Source: a bacterium (GTDB lineage: Bacteria; Patescibacteriota; Minisyncoccia; UBA6257; JAGOQP01). Taken from it: a stretch of DNA of 64,000 nucleotides. How positions within the stretch are numbered: position 1 is the stretch's first letter; each line of letters opens with the position of its first letter. The position numbers were made by a program, and so were the translations under genes. The notes beneath the pieces were generated by a model that had not been told where the DNA came from, ran no database searches, and saw only the letters and a program-made list of their open reading frames with translations. The stretch lies in contig JAJXYJ010000022.1 in the NCBI GenBank assembly GCA_021780615.1, positions 809 to 64,808 of the forward strand, given 5' to 3'. Positions 57,099-64,000 of the stretch are shown here, piece by piece.

Positions 57099-58649
57099 TT
57101 ATGCGGGCAGATTTGATGGCATTCGATATGAGAATGCTTCCTGTACACACACGTCATCAACAACATCTTTGTCGTCAATGTCAGCAATTGTCTGCGCTAT
57201 TTTAAGAAGCTTAAAATAGCCACGCGTAGAAACATGTGCTTGATCCAAAAGAACATCAAGCATTCGTTGCGCTGAAGGAGTCACACGCACACATCGAGTT
57301 GCATCTTTAGATGAAAGGCTCCCGTTCATTTGTGCATGCACACCAGCCATATCATACCGTGCCGCCTGTTTCATGCGCGCCGCGGTAACCCGCGCGCGCA
57401 CGTATGCTGACGTCTGATGATCATCGGTAATTGCCGCACGCAAATCATCCGAAGCAATTCGCCCAATCCACACATGTAAATCGATTCGGTCCAAAAGTGG
57501 TCCGGATATTTTTTTATGGTACCGAATAATATCATACGCACTGCATGTGCATGCTCGCTTATCATCTTGATAGTAACCACAAGGACAAGGGTTTGCCGCA
57601 GCCACTAAAAGAAAATCAGATGGAAACACCACTGTATTTTTTGATCGCGCAACATGTACTACGCGATCCTCAAGAGGTTGTCGCAATGACTCAAGAACAT
57701 CCCGATGAAATTCAGGAATCTCATCCATAAACAACACCCCTCGATGCGCAAGACTAATTTCTCCAGGACGAGGATTTTGACCACCCCCAACCAACGACAC
57801 CAATGAAGCACTGTGATGCGGCGCACGAAAAGGACGGCGAGTAATAAAAGGTTGTCCTACTAAAAGTCCCGCCGCGCTATACACCCCCGTAATCTCAAGC
57901 GCTTCAGCAAAAGAAAGCGGTGGTAAAATAGAAATAAGTGACTGTGCAAGCATTGTCTTTCCCGCTCCCGGGGGACCTGAAAAAATAATATTATGTCCTC
58001 CGGCCGCGGCAATAGTCAGTGCACGTTTTGCCGCATCATGTCCACGCACATCAGCCATATCAACTCCTCCAACATCTACCCCGGGAATAAAAGGCGATGC
58101 CTTACAGGCATCGATAGGATTTTTCCCTTCAAGATGTTCAATAAGTCCTCCGAGTGAATCTAATGGAATAATTTGTATGCCATCGATAAACGCAACCTCG
58201 GCACAATTGTGCCGAGGAATGTATGCCACCAAAAATCCTTTTTGGCGAGCCATGAGGCAAATATTTAAAATACCCGGAACGGGACGTACCGCGCCATCAA
58301 GAGCAAGCTCTCCAACAAAAAGAGCATGAGCCACATCGCTCTGTCCGATTTGTGCTGAAGATATAAGATATCCCAACGCAATCGCCACATCATGTAACGA
58401 CCCATTCTTTTTAACATCCGCCGGAGCAAGATTAACCGTTACGGTACGATTTTCACTCGTCGGTGGTTTACAGTCAGTATTTTTTAACGCAGCCGCCACA
58501 CGCTCCTTGGCTTCAGATACCGCCTTATCAGCAAGTCCAACGATAGAAAAAGAAGGGAGCCCCACATGCATATCCACTTCAACCTCAATAACACGAGCAG
58601 TAATCCCTTCAACTTCTGCAGAAAAAATTTTTGCGACCGCGTGACGCAT
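57099..58649 (-). CDS. comM: YifB/ComM-family Mg-chelatase-like AAA+ ATPase
   Basis: N-terminal Lon-like domain. Walker A GPPGAGKTMLAQSL. 516 aa with a C-terminal ChlI-like domain. Confidence 0.8.
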   Translation of the reverse strand: MRHAVAKIFSAEVEGITARVIEVEVDMHVGLPSFSIVGLADKAVSEAKERVAAALKNTDCKPPTSENRTVTVNLAPADVKKNGSLHDVAIALGYLISSAQIGQSDVAHALFVGELALDGAVRPVPGILNICLMARQKGFLVAYIPRHNCAEVAFIDGIQIIPLDSLGGLIEHLEGKNPIDACKASPFIPGVDVGGVDMADVRGHDAAKRALTIAAAGGHNIIFSGPPGAGKTMLAQSLISILPPLSFAEALEITGVYSAAGLLVGQPFITRRPFRAPHHSASLVSLVGGGQNPRPGEISLAHRGVLFMDEIPEFHRDVLESLRQPLEDRVVHVARSKNTVVFPSDFLLVAAANPCPCGYYQDDKRACTCSAYDIIRYHKKISGPLLDRIDLHVWIGRIASDDLRAAITDDHQTSAYVRARVTAARMKQAARYDMAGVHAQMNGSLSSKDATRCVRVTPSAQRMLDVLLDQAHVSTRGYFKLLKIAQTIADIDDKDVVDDVCVQEAFSYRMPSNLPA

Positions 58650-58685
58650 ATACTATCATCTACCACGCAACGCTTTTAATAATAG

Positions 58686-59051
58686 TTATGCCGCCGCATT
58701 GTCATGGTGCTCTTTGGCATATGCAGGATCAAACCGCGCCTCAGGATTTACCTCAAGAACAGCGGCAGAAATCTCTTTTCCCGTTGCTTCACAAACGCCA
58801 TATGTTTTTTTCTCAAATTTTCCAAGTGCGTGTTGCACCTCTGCGAGTTGCTCACGAAGTGCACGAGCGGAAGCGACGCGATTAAACAATTCTTCTGATT
58901 CATCGGTATTATCGTCAGGTCCCGGATAATCACCAAAATCAGGAGGCGTCTCAAGTTCCTTTATTGTTGCCTCAAGCGCATCTTGCCGTTCCAACAATAA
59001 ACTATGAAAATGTTTTTCTTGTTCCAATGAAAGCATATATTGTATATACAA
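58686..59051 (-). CDS. DksA/TraR-family-like protein with a degenerate zinc finger
   Basis: The N-terminal region is coiled-coil. YGVCEATGKEISAAVLEVNPEARF resembles the DksA C4 region but retains only one Cys. Confidence 0.35.
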   Translation of the reverse strand: MYIQYMLSLEQEKHFHSLLLERQDALEATIKELETPPDFGDYPGPDDNTDESEELFNRVASARALREQLAEVQHALGKFEKKTYGVCEATGKEISAAVLEVNPEARFDPAYAKEHHDNAAA

Positions 59052-59259
59052 TTACTATTATTATGGAGGGCGCCCAAAGCGCACCACACTACATAAAAAT
59101 AGTATAGCAACCATAGCACGAATAACAAGCGGGCGTGTGTGGAATACTTCATCCACGATATGTCATCGTTCAAAAAACCACGACCCGAGGCAATCACATT
59201 GTATAGCACATTACATTGCGGTCTCTTCAAAAAAACCTTACAATAACCCATATCACATT

Positions 59260-60441
59260 ATGAGTGCTGCAAAATCATACGCAATTTTTTTTTCTATTAT
59301 TGCGGCAACCGTGGGATTGATTGCAGGACTTCGCGCGACCACTCATGGACAACCAACAGCAATAATACAAGCGGCGGCAGAACAGACAAAAACCCCACCA
59401 CAAAATCCGTATCCACTTGCCACACCACTTTCTCTCAAACAAAAAGTGGGACAACTTTTTATGGTAGGAATACCCGGAACCACTATTGACGCAACAGCAC
59501 ACGCACTACTCACTCAATACTATGTTGGCGGTATATTTCTTTTAGGAAAAAATATAGAATCCCCCCAACAACTACTCTCCCTAACAACAACAGCACAACA
59601 CCAAGCGCTATATGCGGATAACGCAATTCCTCTATTTATCGCCACTGACCAAGAAGGAGGCGAGGCATCTCGCATATCATTCGGGGCTCACGCCGCCACA
59701 CCCCAAAGCGCCATCACTGATACTATTCAAGCATACATTCTAGCGCGTGAACGCGGAGAAGCTCTTAAACAACTCGGTATCAATACCAATTTTTCTCCAG
59801 TTGTAGACAGCATTCACTCCTCCTCATCATTCCTTTTCCCACGCACCTTTCATGTGCCAGATAATCAAATTGCATCACTGGCAAGCGCCATGATTAGAGG
59901 ATATCAAGAAGCAGGTATTATTGCCGTCGCAAAACATTTTCCGGGACACACTGATCAGGCACAAGATCCTCACCTTACCGCATCCTACAGTGCCGTTTCC
60001 ACAACAACTCTTCAAGAAAACGAACAACCATTTCAAAAACTCATTGCGATATCACATCCTCTTATGATGATGGTTGATCACGTTATCTACACACACATTG
60101 ACCCCCAAAATCCTGCAAGCATGTCTCCAACCATCATACGAACACTCCGCACTGATATGGGTTACCAAAATATTATCATTACCGATGATATGGAGATGGC
60201 GGCAGTAACTCAGCACACAACCTCTTTATCTGATGCGGTTATACAAGCACTTAAAGCAGGTGCAGATATTGTGCTTCTTTCTGGATTTACCGTTTCCCCA
60301 CAAGAACACGAAGCGGTAATACAAGCAGTACAAAATGCAGTACAAAATGGCATCATTTCAGAATCAACACTCAATCAAAAAGTTGAACGAATTCTTGAAA
60401 TAAAAAAACAAGCACTCGCCCAAACTCAAGAAAATAATTAA
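59260..60441 (+). CDS. nagZ: Beta-N-acetylhexosaminidase, glycoside hydrolase family 3 (NagZ-like), membrane-anchored
   Basis: KHFPGHTDQAQDPH is the GH3 KHFPGHG motif. There is an N-terminal TM helix. Start trimmed to MSAAKS. Confidence 0.7.
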   Translation: MSAAKSYAIFFSIIAATVGLIAGLRATTHGQPTAIIQAAAEQTKTPPQNPYPLATPLSLKQKVGQLFMVGIPGTTIDATAHALLTQYYVGGIFLLGKNIESPQQLLSLTTTAQHQALYADNAIPLFIATDQEGGEASRISFGAHAATPQSAITDTIQAYILARERGEALKQLGINTNFSPVVDSIHSSSSFLFPRTFHVPDNQIASLASAMIRGYQEAGIIAVAKHFPGHTDQAQDPHLTASYSAVSTTTLQENEQPFQKLIAISHPLMMMVDHVIYTHIDPQNPASMSPTIIRTLRTDMGYQNIIITDDMEMAAVTQHTTSLSDAVIQALKAGADIVLLSGFTVSPQEHEAVIQAVQNAVQNGIISESTLNQKVERILEIKKQALAQTQENN

Positions 60442-60466
60442 TACAAAAAATACTATTCTCTAGTAT

Positions 60467-60496
60467 AAAACCCCTCGCAAGACGCGAGGGGTTTTA
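60467..60496 (+). terminator. Rho-independent terminator after nagZ
   Basis: aaaacccctcgc-aaga-cgcgaggggtttta followed by a T-rich run. Confidence 0.6.
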
Positions 60497-60526
60497 TACT
60501 ATCAAGATATATTTTTCTGCTATGTG

Positions 60527-61798
60527 TTATTGCGTTGCTGATGATGTCGATGCGCTTGGAGACACCGGAATAACGGGCGCCGCAGCATCAGGCGAAGACG
60601 TTGGTGTTGCTGATGGTGTCAGAGTAGGAATTGGCGTTGAGGTCGCAATCGGTTGAGCAGACAGACGTTTGAGAATATCCACCATCTGATTGTATGACGT
60701 CGTTATAATGAGCACATTGCGGCCATTCACCACAGCTGGCGTATATTCAAAAACTTGTTGATTTTTTATCGAAAAAACGAGATAGCGCACCATCAATCCT
60801 CCAATAAGGCCTCCTTTAAATGTTGCGGGAGTCGGAAGTGTGACGGGGGAAAGGAAAAATTGCGGAATGTCACTGGGAGATCCTTCTATAAGGGTGAATG
60901 CTGATGCAACTTGATCAGGAGTAGTAGCGGTATTAAGTGTTAAAACAACGCCAAGCTTAGAACCTCCGGATTTATCACCGTACAGCCACGTTGTAAAATC
61001 TTTTTCAAAAAATGATGAGAGTGATGATGCCGCTGAAGGCAAAAATGCCTGAAGAAAAACATCGGAAGTTATCGGCGTGCCACTTGCATCGGTAAAAGCA
61101 ATGTCACGCACCGTGCCAGCAAGAAGCGTATTTTTTGATGATGATGCAATGGCAGTTTGGAACGAACTCAGATCAGATCCAGTAAGCGCAAGTGTTGCCG
61201 ACGAATCAGGAGAAGGAATAAGTGATGTGTGCACAATCGGTGCAGGCGTCGATACGGGCGTCGATGAAGGAGTGGGTGTCGCTGTTGTGCTTGTGTCGGT
61301 TGCTGTAGAGAGCGCCCCTTGTGATGTTGGTGTTGGAGTCACAGGAGCGCTTTGATTTAATGCAGATACTAAATAAAACACTCCAAATCCTACCACCACC
61401 GCAAGCACAATAATACCCAAAATAACCAAAATTGTTTTTGATGATTTTGTTTTGGGAGGAAGGTCTGTCGCCGTATCACCAACAGCGGGCGTACCAGGGA
61501 CCCCATATTGATACGATGCGAAAGGAGGTTGTGACGAGGGACTACTTGATGATGATTGAGCAGAAGAAGGGGTTGGTTGTGCTGAGGCGCCAAATACTTC
61601 AGACGCACTCATAAATTGAGGTTCGGGAGCACCACCGCCCATCTGCTTAATTGATGCCGCATCGGATTGCATGGTACGCACCCCTATTTGTTGGTCAGAA
61701 GGAGGCGGTGGGGGAACGGCATTGTTAGGAGTCGACTGCGGTTGTCCCGATCCAAATGGATTGGTGCCCGAAGGAAATGAAGTGGGGTCTTGAGCCAT
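60527..61798 (-). CDS. Pro/Ser/Thr-rich membrane-anchored hypothetical protein
   Basis: 423 aa. N-terminal PPPPPS low complexity, a central TM (ILVILGIIVLAVVVGFGVFYLV), and T/S/P-rich extracellular tracts. Confidence 0.3.
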   Translation of the reverse strand: MAQDPTSFPSGTNPFGSGQPQSTPNNAVPPPPPSDQQIGVRTMQSDAASIKQMGGGAPEPQFMSASEVFGASAQPTPSSAQSSSSSPSSQPPFASYQYGVPGTPAVGDTATDLPPKTKSSKTILVILGIIVLAVVVGFGVFYLVSALNQSAPVTPTPTSQGALSTATDTSTTATPTPSSTPVSTPAPIVHTSLIPSPDSSATLALTGSDLSSFQTAIASSSKNTLLAGTVRDIAFTDASGTPITSDVFLQAFLPSAASSLSSFFEKDFTTWLYGDKSGGSKLGVVLTLNTATTPDQVASAFTLIEGSPSDIPQFFLSPVTLPTPATFKGGLIGGLMVRYLVFSIKNQQVFEYTPAVVNGRNVLIITTSYNQMVDILKRLSAQPIATSTPIPTLTPSATPTSSPDAAAPVIPVSPSASTSSATQ

Positions 61799-61971
61799 AA
61801 TAAATAATGTTACTAATTATGTGTAAAGTATTTTTTTGTGCGACGAACGTTACACATAAAATAAATGTATGTGTACGCATTGCACATAGTATACCACACT
61901 CTTTCTCATTCATCTTGTCGTGCTGTGGATAAGATAAAAAAGAATGCGCGTAGCACGAAAGAAACACAGTA

Positions 61972-61980
61972 TGGTACAAT
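61972..61980 (+). promoter_or_regulatory. Extended -10 promoter element (TGgTACAAT) 6 nt upstream of the polA ATG, suggesting a leaderless or near-leaderless transcript
   Basis: tggtacaat at 61972-61980; the ATG is at 61987. Confidence 0.3.
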
Positions 61981-61986
61981 GCCCCT

Positions 61987-64000
61987 ATGGCAAAAAAAGA
62001 GGAACAAAAACAAGCAATACTTATTGATGCCCATTCACTCATTCATCGATGTTTTCATGCTGTTCCCCCACTTACCAATAGCAAAGGAGAACCGACGGGA
62101 GCATTATACGGAGTCGCATCAGTGTTGCTTAAAATCATACAGCGACAACACATCGACTACATTGCTGCCGCATTTGATCGCCCCGAACCAACTCTGCGAA
62201 AACAACGCTATGACCAATATAAAATTCATCGCCCTGCCGCATCCGACGAACTCGTTTCACAACTCATTGAATCACGCAATCTTTTTACAAGCTTTTCCAT
62301 ACCCGTACTTGAAAAACCGGGCCACGAAGGCGATGACATCATCGGCACATGCGTAGATCTCTTTACCAAACAACAAAATAATATACACGTTACCATTCTT
62401 ACTGGAGACCTTGATTCTCTCCAGCTTATTGACGATGAACGCATTGTGGTAGAAACATTTAAAAAAGGAATTACTGACACTGTTATATATGATGCCGCAG
62501 CGGTCGCCGCTCGCTACCACATTACTCCTGCACAATTTATTGATTTTAAAGCACTTGTTGGTGATGCATCAGACAATATTCCCGGCGTTGCCGGTATCGG
62601 CGAAAAAACCGCAACAGAAATTCTTACCACGTATGGATCCCTTGAAACATTTCTTGCGCAAGGTACCAACGAACGCTTTTATAAAAAAATTGCTGATCAA
62701 CGCAAGCAAGCATTTCTCTCAAAAGAACTTGCCACCATCAACCGCGCAGTCCCTCTTGATATATCCCTGAAAGATTTAGTTTTTTCATACGATCCTGAGC
62801 GGATACAATCATATTTTATAGAACAAGACTTCACCTCACTTACAAAACGTCTCAGTTCACAAAACACACTCCACCCCATCACTTCCGCGCGCGCAGCAAA
62901 GAACGCAACACCTATAGATGCTATGCCGCTGTGCCCCTGTACTGATGCTCATGGAAACATGGTGCATGTTGGCTATGATATAAAAAACTTTTTCAAAGAA
63001 GGGTCCGTTCCCGTTCCATACTTTGATGTCCGCCTTGCCCACGAACTCATTGGTATCAATGCGCGAACATGGCGCGAGTTGTCATTAAAACTTTTTAAAA
63101 AAGAATTGTCTTATGAGGATTGTATGCAACAAGCATACACCACCCTCTCTCAACGCATCGCCGAAAGCCCCGCGGTCAATGTATGGGAAAATATAGAGCT
63201 TCCCCTTATTCCCATTATCGCCCGCATGGAAAAAATTGGCGTCCTTATCGATCGCCTCCATCTAACTCAGGTAGGCGCCGCCCTTGACAAGGCGATTGCG
63301 GAAAAAGAAACGCTTATACACAAAACAACGGGGTTAATTAATATTAATTCTCCCAAACAGCTTGGCACATTTCTTTCAACCACCTACCACATTCCCGTCA
63401 CCTCAACGGCCGCTGATAAACTTAAAAAAATAGAAGAAAAAATTCCGCTCGTCAAAGATATTGTAGCCTATCGCGAACTCTTTAAACTACAAACCACCTA
63501 TGTGCGTGCCTTTGAAAAATTAGTCGCCGCCGATGGAACGATACACCCCACGTTCCTCCAACTTGGCGCCGCAACAGGAAGACTTTCATGCACCAATCCA
63601 AACCTTCAAAACATTCCCCAGGAATCATCGTGGTCACATGACATACGAAATATATTTATCGCGCCGCCACATACCACCTTCGTCGCATTTGATTATTCCC
63701 AAATTGAACTCCGTGTAGTAGCAACATTGGCCAATGACATGCACATGATTGAGGCCTTTCGACGAGGTGATGACATTCACACACTGACGGCACATAAAAT
63801 TTTTCACACACCCATTCATGAGATCACCAAAGCACAACGACGGCTCGCAAAGACGCTCAACTTCGGCATGGTGTACGGCATGGGTTCCCGCGCGCTTGCC
63901 CAGCAAAGCGGACTCTCCAGCGCTCAAGCAAAAGAATTTATAGAAACATACTTCAAAGAATTTTCCTCCATTAAGCACTGGCAAGAACAAGTCCTTCGCG
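61987..64000 (+). CDS. polA: DNA polymerase I (5'-3' exonuclease plus polymerase domain); 3'-partial, continuing beyond the window
   Basis: N-terminal AILIDAHSLIHRCFHA...GEPTGALYG is the 5'-nuclease domain. HhH region GVAGIGEKTA. Downstream polymerase motifs ...LLQTYVRAFEKL... and ...DYSQIELRVVA... are consistent with PolA motif A. Confidence 0.85.
   Translation, partial: MAKKEEQKQAILIDAHSLIHRCFHAVPPLTNSKGEPTGALYGVASVLLKIIQRQHIDYIAAAFDRPEPTLRKQRYDQYKIHRPAASDELVSQLIESRNLFTSFSIPVLEKPGHEGDDIIGTCVDLFTKQQNNIHVTILTGDLDSLQLIDDERIVVETFKKGITDTVIYDAAAVAARYHITPAQFIDFKALVGDASDNIPGVAGIGEKTATEILTTYGSLETFLAQGTNERFYKKIADQRKQAFLSKELATINRAVPLDISLKDLVFSYDPERIQSYFIEQDFTSLTKRLSSQNTLHPITSARAAKNATPIDAMPLCPCTDAHGNMVHVGYDIKNFFKEGSVPVPYFDVRLAHELIGINARTWRELSLKLFKKELSYEDCMQQAYTTLSQRIAESPAVNVWENIELPLIPIIARMEKIGVLIDRLHLTQVGAALDKAIAEKETLIHKTTGLININSPKQLGTFLSTTYHIPVTSTAADKLKKIEEKIPLVKDIVAYRELFKLQTTYVRAFEKLVAADGTIHPTFLQLGAATGRLSCTNPNLQNIPQESSWSHDIRNIFIAPPHTTFVAFDYSQIELRVVATLANDMHMIEAFRRGDDIHTLTAHKIFHTPIHEITKAQRRLAKTLNFGMVYGMGSRALAQQSGLSSAQAKEFIETYFKEFSSIKHWQEQVLR

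Noticed and set aside
54280-58649. UvrD-like helicase + small protein + AAA ATPase as a Gabija/Hachiman-like defence system
   Set aside because: The helicase has ordinary UvrD/PcrA motifs, and the ATPase is a standard YifB/ComM. There is no OLD/Toprim nuclease or other defence-specific partner. The genes look like housekeeping repair and competence genes separated by ksgA.

Overview
This 64 kb window looks like part of a small-genome bacterium of the Candidate Phyla Radiation (Patescibacteria) type. Evidence: AT-rich sequence, tightly packed genes that often overlap by 4 nt (ATGA), many membrane-anchored Pro/Thr-rich proteins, and a VirB4-centred type IV secretion-like operon with no relaxase or VirD4. 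Standard code 11 appears to apply, since TGA and TAA are both used as stops. I assigned all products by motif recognition from the translated ORFs; no database search was possible.

Layout of the window:
- **1–12594:** a minus-strand cell-surface polysaccharide locus. It contains a GT11 fucosyltransferase, GT4/GT2 glycosyltransferases, SAM/FkbM methyltransferases, a Wzx-like flippase, an O-antigen-ligase-like protein with TPR repeats, and an excisionase-type HTH gene.
- **12700–13700:** a dense REP/MITE-like repeat field with two 78-bp direct repeats flanking a small GIY-YIG nuclease gene.
- **13740–15659:** a secreted Ser/Thr-rich protein with a peptidoglycan-binding domain. It is preceded by a 910-bp leader region carrying a 4x30-bp tandem array bracketed by 26-bp direct repeats.
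- **16570–17493:** a regulator with ESGN repeats. Next to it is a G-depleted polypyrimidine tract that ends in a perfect 44-bp palindrome.
- **18866–22651:** a 1261-aa secreted protein with a Zn-dependent PLC/S1-P1 nuclease-like domain and two lamin-tail domains.
- **23391–39054:** housekeeping genes: 2-hydroxyacid dehydrogenase, clpP, nusA, secG, an OppA-like SBP, RNase J, a beta-CASP MBL nuclease, a MurE-like ligase, ruvA, rpsT, holA-like and pyrG.
- **30497–30676:** an unusual nested tRNA locus. A complete tRNA-Leu(CAG) sits between the 5' and 3' halves of a second Leu-type tRNA.
- **39133–53381:** a sensor histidine kinase followed by an 11-gene minus-strand T4SS-like operon (40511–53381). 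It includes a PrgI/VirB3-like protein, a VirB4 split by one in-frame TAA, a VirB6-like polytopic protein and a membrane-anchored M15 peptidase.
- **53416–64000:** ksgA (rsmA), a UvrD-like helicase, a small wHTH/Cas2-like-fold gene flanked by 58-bp hairpin-bearing direct repeats, comM/yifB, a DksA-like protein, nagZ (GH3), and the 5' two-thirds of polA.
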